Assembly: GCA_037624485.1 (NCBI GenBank)
Contig: JASJJC010000023.1
Location: 64,216 to 128,215 of the forward strand
Length of the DNA stretch: 64,000 nucleotides
Source: Chitinophagales bacterium
GTDB lineage: Bacteria > Bacteroidota > Bacteroidia > Chitinophagales > UBA8649
Reading direction: 5' to 3'
In this document: positions 49,303-57,725 of the stretch, in pieces
How positions within the stretch are numbered: the first letter of the stretch is position 1
How the letters are laid out: every line of letters begins with the position of its first letter
Position numbers and translations under genes: made by a program
Notes under the pieces: model-generated
Seen by the model: the letters and a program-made list of their open reading frames with translations, nothing else
What the model was told of the DNA's origin: nothing
The model's database searches: none

Positions 49303-51303
49303 CTAAATCTGAACCATTAATTTTTGCAGGACACCAATTGCCGCTTCTGGAATTTTAGTGCCTGGACCAAAAACAAACGCTACACCATTTTCAAACAAGA
49401 AATCATAATCTTGCTGCGGAATTACACCTCCAGCAACCACCATAATATCTGCTCGACCTAATGCCATTAATTCAGCAATAACTTGAGGAACTAAGGTTTT
49501 GTGCCCATTAGCCAAACTACTCACACCAAGGATGTGTACGTCATTTTCTGCTGCCTGGAGAGCGACTTCTTTAGGCGTTTGAAACAAAGGACCTATATCT
49601 ACATCAAAGCCTAAGTCAGCAAAGCCGGTAGCGATTACTTTTGCACCTCGGTCATGACCATCCTGTCCCATTTTAGCAACTAGAATTCTCGGTCGACGAC
49701 CATCGGCCTCAGCAAACTTATCCGCTAATTTTCGCGCTTCTTTAAAGGTTTCATTATTTTTCATTTCACTTGAATATACACCAGAAATACTATTTATGAC
49801 AGCCTTGTAACGGCCAAAGGCATTTTCTAAAGCTAAGGAAATTTCACCTAAGGTAGCGCGTTTTTCGGCCGCTTCAACAGCCAAAGCTAACAAGTTGCCC
49901 GCTTTGTTTTTAGCGGCTTCTTCTATTCGATTAAGAATTGCTTCAACAGCACAGCTATCTCTAGATGCTTTCAATTGCTCCAACCTTGCAATTTGTCCTT
50001 TTCTTACCTTTTCATTGTTAATGGCTAAAATTTCAAAATCCTGTTTGTCTTCTGTCAAGTAATTGTTGACACCTACAATAACATCTTCCCCAGAATCAAT
50101 CCTTGCCTGCTTCTTTGCAGCAGCTTCTTCAATACGCATCTTCGGTAAACCGCTTTCAATAGCCTTACTCATACCTCCAAGTTCCTCAACTTCCTCGATG
50201 AGTTTCCACGCATCTTCTATTATTTTCTCTGTGAGCTCTTCAACATACGTAGACCCACCCCATGGGTCTATAGCTTGCGTAATGTGCGTTTCTTCTTGAA
50301 TATATTTTTGAGTATTTCTGGCAATTCTTGCGGAAAAATCAGTCGGCAACGCAATGGCTTCATCAAAGGAGTTGGTGTGCAGGGACTGCGTGCCACCAAA
50401 CACCGCACTTAATGCTTCAATACTTGTTCGAGCTACATTATTGTATGGGTCTTGTTCTGTCAGGCTATACCCCGAGGTTTGGCAATGGGTCCGAAGTGCC
50501 ATTGATTTGGGGTTTTGCGGATCGAACTGCTTAACAATTTTTGCCCACAAAACTCTTGCCGCTCTCATTTTTGCAATCTCTTTAAAATGTTCCATTCCTA
50601 TTGCCCAAAAGAAGGATAAGCGGGGCGCAAAATTATCAATATCCAAACCAGATGCTATGCCGGTTTTAATATACTCTAGTCCATCGGCAAGAGTGTAAGC
50701 TAATTCAATTTCAGGGGTAGCACCTGCTTCTTGCATATGGTAACCGCTAATAGAAATAGAGTTGAATTTTGGCATGTTTTGAGAGGAGTACTTAAAGATG
50801 TCTCCGATGATTCGCATGCTGTCCTTAGGCGGATAAATATAAGTATTCCGCACCATAAACTCTTTCAAAATATCGTTTTGGATTGTTCCGGTGAGCTCCG
50901 CTAAACTGACCCCTTGTTCTTTGGCTGCAGCGATGTAAAAAGCCATTATAGGAAGTACAGCACCATTCATTGTCATGGATACCGACATTTTATCTAGAGG
51001 AATCCCAGCAAAAAGGATTTTCATATCTTCAATAGAGTCAATGGCTACTCCTGCCATGCCTACATCACCCGGAACACGGGGGTGATCACTATCATATCCT
51101 CGATGGGTAGCCAAGTCAAAAGCAACAGACAAGCCTTTTTGTCCAGCAGCCAAATTCCGACGATAAAATGCATTGCTTTCTTCTGCAGTGGAAAAGCCAG
51201 CGTATTGACGAATCGTCCACGGACGAATAGCATACATCGTGCTATATGGCCCTCGTAAATATGGAGGAATGCCGGCAGCGTATTCTTTTAACGAATGACT
51301 CAT
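49303..51303 (-). CDS. Methylmalonyl-CoA mutase (catalytic chain with C-terminal B12-binding domain)
   Basis: 666 aa with [13 protein letters not shown] and the B12 domain DGHDRGAKV (DxHxxG). The N-terminus is somewhat shorter than typical ~710-aa enzymes. Confidence 0.9.
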   Translation of the reverse strand: MSHSLKEYAAGIPPYLRGPYSTMYAIRPWTIRQYAGFSTAEESNAFYRRNLAAGQKGLSVAFDLATHRGYDSDHPRVPGDVGMAGVAIDSIEDMKILFAGIPLDKMSVSMTMNGAVLPIMAFYIAAAKEQGVSLAELTGTIQNDILKEFMVRNTYIYPPKDSMRIIGDIFKYSSQNMPKFNSISISGYHMQEAGATPEIELAYTLADGLEYIKTGIASGLDIDNFAPRLSFFWAIGMEHFKEIAKMRAARVLWAKIVKQFDPQNPKSMALRTHCQTSGYSLTEQDPYNNVARTSIEALSAVFGGTQSLHTNSFDEAIALPTDFSARIARNTQKYIQEETHITQAIDPWGGSTYVEELTEKIIEDAWKLIEEVEELGGMSKAIESGLPKMRIEEAAAKKQARIDSGEDVIVGVNNYLTEDKQDFEILAINNEKVRKGQIARLEQLKASRDSCAVEAILNRIEEAAKNKAGNLLALAVEAAEKRATLGEISLALENAFGRYKAVINSISGVYSSEMKNNETFKEARKLADKFAEADGRRPRILVAKMGQDGHDRGAKVIATGFADLGFDVDIGPLFQTPKEVALQAAENDVHILGVSSLANGHKTLVPQVIAELMALGRADIMVVAGGVIPQQDYDFLFENGVAFVFGPGTKIPEAAIGVLQKLMVQI

Positions 51304-51434
51304 CTAGCAAAGATAGGGAAATCTGCAAATTATAAACCCGAAGCATTGGCCTGCCTATTTTTACGAAAATACTTGTTTAGAGTTTTTTAACAGCGAGCTA
51401 AAAGATAAAAAAACCATATTTACATCGGGAAAAA

Positions 51435-52610
51435 ATGTTGAAAACTATGCTTAATGCCAATAAATTCATATCTTTGCAGACTGTGAAAAAATTCATACCG
51501 TACATATTTGTTGCTTTGTTTCTCTTAGTTAGTGCGTGTTCTTCTACTGAAAAAATATTACGTTCGGCTGATGCCAACCTAAAATATACACAAGCTCTAG
51601 AGTGGTATAATAAGGGAGCGTACTTCAAAGCAATTCCTGTTTTTGAAGAATTGATGGGCTTATATAAGGGGTCCAAAACCACTGAAGAGATTTATTATTA
51701 CTATTGTATGGCTCATTTTTACCAAGGGAATTATGTGATGTCTGCTTACCATTTCAAGAATTACACACAGAAACATCCCTACAGTCAATATACAGAAGAG
51801 TGCTTGTTTATGCATGCTGAAAGCTTCGATAAACAAAGCCCAAAATCGAGGTTAGACCAAACGGAAACATATAAAGCAATTGAAACATACCAGGTATTTA
51901 TTAACCAGTATCCTGAGAGCGATCGCTTAAATTATTGCAATAATAAAATTGACGAGTTACGCTTAAAACTGGAGACGAAAGCCCTGAAAGCCGCAGAACT
52001 TTATTTTAAGACGGAAAACTATAGGGCAGCTGCATTTTCGTATAAGAATTTGTTGATAGATTATCCAGATATCGATGGACCGGAAGAAATTCAATACAAA
52101 ATTGTAGCCTCGTTTTTCAAGTATGCAGAACAAAGTATCGTGACGAAACAACAAGGGCGATATGAAGAGGCCATTAAGTATGCCAATACATTCACATCAA
52201 GATATAAGGACAGTGAATTTTTACCAAATGTTCGAAATACAGCGCAAGAGTCTCACTTCCAGGCTATCCGAGGAGCTTATCTATGTGCACTTATTTATAA
52301 TCTAGACAAGAGAGACACTAAGTTAAGGGATGTTTTTGATGTTTATGAAGTTCACCAAGCACTTATAGATAGTGAGAAAGTTTTGGAACAGGCAGAAGAA
52401 TTGAAAGAAAAAGCACAATTTGAATTGCTGCGAACATATTACCTTCAAGCACAAAATGCGGATTTAGCAGAGCGAGAAGATTATTATGTAGAAGCAGTTC
52501 AGGCATATAGCGACTTTATTAATATTTACCAACAGAGTAAGTTTAGTAGGGAAGCTTTAAAAATATTTAACGCTACACAAAAGAATTTAAAAAAAATAAG
52601 CAATGGATAA
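51435..52610 (+). CDS. bamD: Outer membrane protein assembly factor BamD-like TPR lipoprotein
   Basis: 391 aa with a lipobox (LLVSAC) and TPR-like repeats. The conserved position upstream of rpoZ-coaBC supports the call. Confidence 0.7.
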   Translation: MLKTMLNANKFISLQTVKKFIPYIFVALFLLVSACSSTEKILRSADANLKYTQALEWYNKGAYFKAIPVFEELMGLYKGSKTTEEIYYYYCMAHFYQGNYVMSAYHFKNYTQKHPYSQYTEECLFMHAESFDKQSPKSRLDQTETYKAIETYQVFINQYPESDRLNYCNNKIDELRLKLETKALKAAELYFKTENYRAAAFSYKNLLIDYPDIDGPEEIQYKIVASFFKYAEQSIVTKQQGRYEEAIKYANTFTSRYKDSEFLPNVRNTAQESHFQAIRGAYLCALIYNLDKRDTKLRDVFDVYEVHQALIDSEKVLEQAEELKEKAQFELLRTYYLQAQNADLAEREDYYVEAVQAYSDFINIYQQSKFSREALKIFNATQKNLKKISNG

Positions 52611-52944
52611 AATTAGAGAGTACAGAAATCTTGAAGCTCCAGACGGAATTGAGCCAAGAAAAATGGCTGATTTCAAAAAAGAGACAGGCAATATCTACAT
52701 GTCTTTAAACGTAATCGCTAAAAGGGCTAATCAAATTGGTGTTGAGCTAAAGAATGAATTGCATGATAAGTTGCAAGAATTTGCTTCTGCTACCGATACC
52801 TTAGAAGAAGTTTTAGAAAATAGAGAGCAAATCGAAATCTCTAAATATTACGAAAAACTTTCTCACCCAACGATTCTTTCTACGGAAGAATTCTTAACTG
52901 ATAGATTATATATCAGAGATAAGAATGCAGAAACTGAAGAGTAA
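52603..52944 (+). CDS. rpoZ: DNA-directed RNA polymerase subunit omega (Bacteroidota long form)
   Basis: 113 aa with the NIYMSLNVIAKRANQI core and a conserved acidic helical tail. It overlaps bamD by 8 nt. Confidence 0.7.
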   Translation: MDKIREYRNLEAPDGIEPRKMADFKKETGNIYMSLNVIAKRANQIGVELKNELHDKLQEFASATDTLEEVLENREQIEISKYYEKLSHPTILSTEEFLTDRLYIRDKNAETEE

Positions 52945-52946
52945 GC

Positions 52947-53489
52947 ATGCTTAAGGGCAAAAAAATTATTCTAGGGATAACAGGAAGTATCTCTGCCTAT
53001 AAGGCAGCTTTCTTGTGTCGCTTGTTAATTAAAAGTGAAGCAGAGGTACGGATTGTTATGACAACTAGTGCTTCTGCTTTTATTTCTCCCCTAACCCTAT
53101 CTACGCTAAGTAAACACCCTGTTCAAACAGACATGTTTGATGATGGGGAGAACTGGAACAATCATGTAGAATTGGGCTTATGGGCAGACCTTATGCTTAT
53201 TGCGCCATGCTCAGCAAATACTTTAGCAAAAATGGCAAATGGAATCTGTGATAACCTTCTTATGGCCACCTACTTAAGCGCTAAATGTTCGGTTGTAATT
53301 GCTCCAGCCATGGACTTAGATATGTGGAGCCACCCTTCAACTAAAAGAAACTTAAAGACTCTTGGATCCGATGGAGTTAAAATCATACCAGTAGGAAACG
53401 GTGAGCTAGCCAGTGGTTTAAATGGCGAAGGAAGATTGGCGGAACCAGAAGAAATCTTAAGCTATATTCAAGGTGAGTTTTTTAGCTAA
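52947..53489 (+). CDS. coaC: Phosphopantothenoylcysteine decarboxylase (CoaC half of CoaBC)
   Basis: 180 aa with a flavoprotein fold pattern (GITGSISAYKA, PAMDLDMW). It ends 4 nt after a T6 run. Confidence 0.85.
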   Translation: MLKGKKIILGITGSISAYKAAFLCRLLIKSEAEVRIVMTTSASAFISPLTLSTLSKHPVQTDMFDDGENWNNHVELGLWADLMLIAPCSANTLAKMANGICDNLLMATYLSAKCSVVIAPAMDLDMWSHPSTKRNLKTLGSDGVKIIPVGNGELASGLNGEGRLAEPEEILSYIQGEFFS

Positions 53490-54126
53490 TAAAACAGTCT
53501 TGCTTACTGCAGGGCCCACGCACGAACCAATCGATCCGGTGCGATATATAGGCAATCGATCAAGCGGAAAAATGGGTTATGCTTTAGCAGAAGCCTGCGC
53601 TATGGAAGGTGCTGAAGTGGTTTTGGTAAGCGGCCCAGTGAACCTTCAAGCTAAGCATCCAAACATTCACCTTGTCGCTGTTGAAACTGCTGCAGAAATG
53701 TATAAAGCATGTCATGAGCATTTTGTGGAATGCGACATTGCAATTCTCGCCGCAGCTGTAGCAGACTTTACGCCAGCGCTCAAAGCAGCCGAAAAGATAA
53801 AGAAAAAAGCTACTAAGTTTTCGCTTGAACTTGTCCAAACTAAAGACATTTTAAAAAGTTTGGGTGAGATAAAAACAAAGAATCAACTTTTGGTAGGCTT
53901 TGCCTTAGAAACTAATAATGAAATTGAAAATGCCAAAGGCAAATTGATAAAAAAGAACTTGGATTTTATTGTTTTAAATTCATTACAAGATAAAGGAGCT
54001 GGATTTAAGCATGAAACGAACAAGATTACCATACTCGACAAGTACAATAAAATCACTAAATTTGAGTTAAAGGACAAGCGTTTAGTTGCCAAAGACATAC
54101 TTAACTATTTGCGAGTTATTGAGTAA
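53473..54126 (+). CDS. coaB: Phosphopantothenate-cysteine ligase (CoaB half of CoaBC)
   Basis: 217 aa in the +1 frame with a GTG start. It carries the CoaB motifs TAGPTHEPIDPVRYIGNRSSGKMG and AAAVADF. Confidence 0.85.
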   Translation: MSFLANKTVLLTAGPTHEPIDPVRYIGNRSSGKMGYALAEACAMEGAEVVLVSGPVNLQAKHPNIHLVAVETAAEMYKACHEHFVECDIAILAAAVADFTPALKAAEKIKKKATKFSLELVQTKDILKSLGEIKTKNQLLVGFALETNNEIENAKGKLIKKNLDFIVLNSLQDKGAGFKHETNKITILDKYNKITKFELKDKRLVAKDILNYLRVIE

Positions 54127-54128
54127 AA

Positions 54129-55061
54129 TTGAAATTAATGAAAAGACTGATTTTAAGCTGCCTAAGTATGCTAATGGTGCTGTGTTCACTTGAAGCGCAA
54201 GAGCTATTTTGTGAGGTCACTGTTTCGGCCCCTGATGCTTCAAAGGTAAGGACAGACCCAAAGGTTTTTAAGACCTTGGAAAATACTATCGCGGAGTTCA
54301 TGAACAATCGAAAATGGACAGATGAAAATTTTGAAGATCATGAGAAAATCCAGTTAAGTATATTTATTGGTATTACAGACCAAGCTGGGGATAATGGTTA
54401 TACGGGGTCCATAACAGTTATCTCCAAACGACCTGTCTTTAATAGTACCTATAATTCTACAGTCTTAAATATGATTGACAACGATTTTGTCTTTATATAC
54501 AAAGAATTTGACCCCATCGAGTTTAATGAATTTCAGTTCAACTCCAACCTCAGTCACATGCTCGGGTATTACGCCTATTTAGCCATCGGAATCGATTACG
54601 ATACCTATTCAGATTTGGGGGGACAGAAGTATTTACAGAAGGCGCAAGACATGGTTGCTGTAGTTGGCACCGCGGAGGCAAACACTTACAAGGGGTGGAA
54701 ATCGTATGATAAAAATCAACGAAACCGATATTGGTTTATAACACACCTACTAAATGGTCGATATGAGCCTTTTAGAAAGGCAATGTTTATCTATCACAGA
54801 GAAGGCCTTGACAACTTTTATGATGACCCATTGTTGGCCAGACAAAACGTGATAAGAGGATTGCAAGAAGTAGCCAAAGTTGCTCAAGATAATCCAAACC
54901 TACCGCTTATTCAAACATGGTCTGAGAGTAAGCAAGATGAAATTATCGGCGTGTTTTCCGAAGCGCCTGAAGAAGAAAAAACTGTTTTCCTTCAATTAAT
55001 AAAAACAGCTGATCCAGTAAACGCTAGCAATTACGACAAGATCAATGGAGAAAGGAGGTAA
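54129..55061 (+). CDS. DUF4835-family protein (annotated as T9SS PorD in some pipelines)
   Basis: 310 aa with a signal peptide. The conserved position after coaBC in Flavobacteriia supports the call. Start is TTG 54129 or ATG 54138. Confidence 0.55.
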   Translation: MKLMKRLILSCLSMLMVLCSLEAQELFCEVTVSAPDASKVRTDPKVFKTLENTIAEFMNNRKWTDENFEDHEKIQLSIFIGITDQAGDNGYTGSITVISKRPVFNSTYNSTVLNMIDNDFVFIYKEFDPIEFNEFQFNSNLSHMLGYYAYLAIGIDYDTYSDLGGQKYLQKAQDMVAVVGTAEANTYKGWKSYDKNQRNRYWFITHLLNGRYEPFRKAMFIYHREGLDNFYDDPLLARQNVIRGLQEVAKVAQDNPNLPLIQTWSESKQDEIIGVFSEAPEEEKTVFLQLIKTADPVNASNYDKINGERR

Positions 55062-55065
55062 GTCC

Positions 55066-56013
55066 ATGACCATTAGTGGGTTCACCTTGGCCAATGACAA
55101 AGTAGACTCCCTTTATTATCCCTTTATTCAATCTATTCAGTCCATTCTTCCTATAGTCGATGAGTTTGTAGTCGCGTTAGACGATAAGTTTGGTGAGGTA
55201 AGAAAAAAACTTTTAGCGCTGAACTCGGATAAGCTGAGAATTATAGAGACCTCATGGGATACAGATAAATACGGTGATGGAACTATTCTCGCTCAACAGA
55301 CAGATATTGCGAAGGAGCATTGTACGGGTGATTGGTTGTTTTATATCCAATCCGACGAGGTCTTTCATGAGAAATACTTACCCGTAATTAAAAAGCGATG
55401 CGAAGAACTTCTACATGATGAAGAAGTAGAAGGTTTGTTGTTTCGTTACCGACACTTTTACGGCGATTACAATCATTATTTACAAAGCCACGGCATTTAC
55501 CCTAAAGAGATTCGAGTTATACGAAACAAGCCGGATATTCATTCTTGGGGAGACGCACAATCCTTTCGACGAATTCCTAATTTTGATAAGCTTAATTACA
55601 GACAGAAAGAAGGAACGCATAAGCTAAAAGTAGCCAAAGTGGATGCCTACATGTTTCATTATGGTTGGACAAGGCCTCCAAAGTATATGCAAAACAAACG
55701 CAAGAACTTACACGCTGTTTTTAAGGGGAAGAAGAGGGTGGCTAAGATGTTTGAGAATACGGAAGATGTATTTGATTACGGAGCTTTAGGAAAGCTTCAA
55801 AAACATAAAGAGACGCATCCAAAAGTATTGCAGAAAAGGATTGCTGAATTTCATTGGGCCGACCAACTCAACTATGGCATAAAGCACACCTTAAACAGGC
55901 CACTGCACAAACACGAGAAACTAAAGAATAGATTGTTGACTAAAATTGAAAACAAGCTTTTAGGAGGGGATCAAATTTTTGGCTACTCGAATTGGAAATT
56001 GCTGAATAGATAG
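55066..56013 (+). CDS. Hypothetical protein, possibly GT2-like glycosyltransferase
   Basis: The preferred start is ATG 55066 (MTISGF...), preceded by AGGAGG. It has an N-terminal Rossmann-like segment and acidic DxD-like DEV and SDE motifs. The functional call is weak. Confidence 0.35.
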   Translation: MTISGFTLANDKVDSLYYPFIQSIQSILPIVDEFVVALDDKFGEVRKKLLALNSDKLRIIETSWDTDKYGDGTILAQQTDIAKEHCTGDWLFYIQSDEVFHEKYLPVIKKRCEELLHDEEVEGLLFRYRHFYGDYNHYLQSHGIYPKEIRVIRNKPDIHSWGDAQSFRRIPNFDKLNYRQKEGTHKLKVAKVDAYMFHYGWTRPPKYMQNKRKNLHAVFKGKKRVAKMFENTEDVFDYGALGKLQKHKETHPKVLQKRIAEFHWADQLNYGIKHTLNRPLHKHEKLKNRLLTKIENKLLGGDQIFGYSNWKLLNR

Positions 56014-56016
56014 GGC

Positions 56017-56235
56017 TTAATCTGCACGAAAACCTAAGCGATTATGGCTGGCATCACAAAAAGGCATCTTGCCTGATTCGCCGCACCTGCAAAGAACAAT
56101 ACGTTCCATTTGCTGGACCACGCCACTTGACAAAGTAATTTGCAAGTCGCCGCTTATAATCACGGGGCCATTCGCCTTTATTTCTACTTTAGTCGTATCC
56201 TTTTTCTCCATCTTCTTTAGCAAGCGCTTAGACAT
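56017..56235 (-). CDS. CDGSH-type iron-sulfur domain protein
   Basis: 72 aa carrying CRCGESGKMPFCDASH, which is C-x-C-x2-S-x3-P-x-C-D-A-S-H with Ala in place of the canonical Gly. Confidence 0.8.
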   Translation of the reverse strand: MSKRLLKKMEKKDTTKVEIKANGPVIISGDLQITLSSGVVQQMERIVLCRCGESGKMPFCDASHNRLGFRAD

Positions 56236-56273
56236 AAAAACGGCCCCTAGAAACAGGGGTCAATAGGTGTTTC

Positions 56274-56792
56274 TTAGAAGTCCGTTACACTTGTATTCTT
56301 TTCATAAGCCTCTGCCGCCTCCCAATCACTAAGTAGCTCAAATTCAAACTTGTTGTAATTGAAATTGTATAGCGATAAGGTCACATCGGCAACGATCCAT
56401 TGCTTCGATATTTTGTCATCATCAACAGCCTCATTAACGTGCTCACCATATTTATGGTCAACTATAAAGTCCATGGATTCGACGTCGCTCTTTTTACCTT
56501 CTAGGACTACTTTATATAACTTATTTGTTTTGTCAGAAAAGACATAATAGATATTAGTAAGTACGATACTTCCAAGTAGTAAATTTTCTTGAGGCAAGGT
56601 GTAAAATTTTCCTCCATTTAATAAATCTGCTTTGGTAGCGGGTATAAACATAACGGGCTCGCCGTTTCGTTCTAAAGAATCTACGTGGCTACCCCACTTA
56701 AAATCCCTAAAACCATCGATTCGATTTTGCTCGATTTGTGCATTAATAATTGTAAAACCGGCTAAAAATAAAATTGTCAATAACTGCTTCAT
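56274..56792 (-). CDS. Hypothetical secreted protein
   Basis: 172 aa with a signal peptide (LFLAGFTIINAQ) and no recognised motif. Confidence 0.55.
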   Translation of the reverse strand: MKQLLTILFLAGFTIINAQIEQNRIDGFRDFKWGSHVDSLERNGEPVMFIPATKADLLNGGKFYTLPQENLLLGSIVLTNIYYVFSDKTNKLYKVVLEGKKSDVESMDFIVDHKYGEHVNEAVDDDKISKQWIVADVTLSLYNFNYNKFEFELLSDWEAAEAYEKNTSVTDF

Positions 56793-57014
56793 CTATACAT
56801 GGTTTGATTGATGGTCAAAACTGCAACAATTATTGGGGCTTGGAGAATCGTTTTATTAAGATTTGCACAGAAGAGTTGTCGATTTTGTCTTATATAATGT
56901 GCAAAAGCATTGCTATTTAGCATTTTATGGGGAGAACAGCTTGTATGACCATCCCGAATAGGAGGATCGTAGAAGAATTTAGCTGCATGTCTAGTATGAG
57001 CGAACAATCTATAC

Positions 57015-57662
57015 CTATCGAATAGAATCTTTGGTTTTCAGTTGGTCAGCTATACTATCAAGGAATTGCACTAAATCAATATCATCGTTTCCTGTGAAAT
57101 CGTAGTTGCCGTTAAAACCCCAAGCTTTTTCAAGGTCCTCTTGCCTATAGAGCTTGCTTACTATTTTAAAATCACCACCTGATTTTATTTCTGCAGGTAA
57201 AGACTCGTGAAAAGTATAATCCCACTGTTTGGGAATAAAGATTTTTTCCTCAAAAATTTCGAAATCTACATTCTGATACATTTTATTCTCAATATCGACA
57301 TCTTTTAAATTTAATTCCTTTGCTGCTAATTCTTGGTATTTTCCCTGCTCTATTAGATAAAGCTCTTGATGTAGAATATATTTAGCTTGAACCAGATTAA
57401 CGATTCCTGGCTGCGTAATACTTATGATTCCATCATAGATTACCTCACCCCCTTGCTCAGCCCTAAAGTAATGCTCTCCTTTAACTAGATTAAAAGATTC
57501 GTAGCTTTTGCCAGCTAATTCATAGTTTGAATCATCTAAATAAAAACTTAACAATTCATTGCTGGGATTGTCTACTAGAACCTCCACCTTAAAAAAGGAG
57601 CTACAACTTGCTAAAAACAATACTCCAAGCAATAATACAAGCGCTGATTTTTTCATTTTCAT
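57015..57662 (-). CDS. Hypothetical lipoprotein
   Basis: 215 aa with a lipobox (LFLASCSS). Confidence 0.6.
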   Translation of the reverse strand: MKMKKSALVLLLGVLFLASCSSFFKVEVLVDNPSNELLSFYLDDSNYELAGKSYESFNLVKGEHYFRAEQGGEVIYDGIISITQPGIVNLVQAKYILHQELYLIEQGKYQELAAKELNLKDVDIENKMYQNVDFEIFEEKIFIPKQWDYTFHESLPAEIKSGGDFKIVSKLYRQEDLEKAWGFNGNYDFTGNDDIDLVQFLDSIADQLKTKDSIR

Positions 57663-57713
57663 ACTTTATTCAAAACAATAATAGGTGAAACAAAGATAAA
57701 ACATTAAAGTTCT

Positions 57714-57721
57714 TAATTTTG
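57714..57721 (+). promoter_or_regulatory. Bacteroidota -7 box (TAATTTTG) 4 nt from ATG
   Basis: Matches TAnnTTTG. The ATG at 57726 follows after 4 nt. Confidence 0.4.
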
Positions 57722-57725
57722 TCGC

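Noticed and set aside
50063-50698. 78-114-aa + strand ORFs inside the methylmalonyl-CoA mutase gene
   Set aside because: They are antisense shadows of a complete, well-supported gene.
51398-51682. 94-aa minus-strand ORF overlapping the bamD start
   Set aside because: It overlaps the N-terminal signal and lipobox region of a well-supported + strand gene, and its translation is low-complexity.
56789-57007. 72-aa TTG-start ORF filling the 222-nt gap between two hypothetical secreted-protein genes
   Set aside because: It has a TTG start, an odd His/Cys/Asn-rich composition and no signal peptide or motif. The segment contains only small hairpins (for example TGCAAAAGCA). I cannot support either a CDS or a structured RNA from sequence alone. 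It would need RNA-seq or Ribo-seq.
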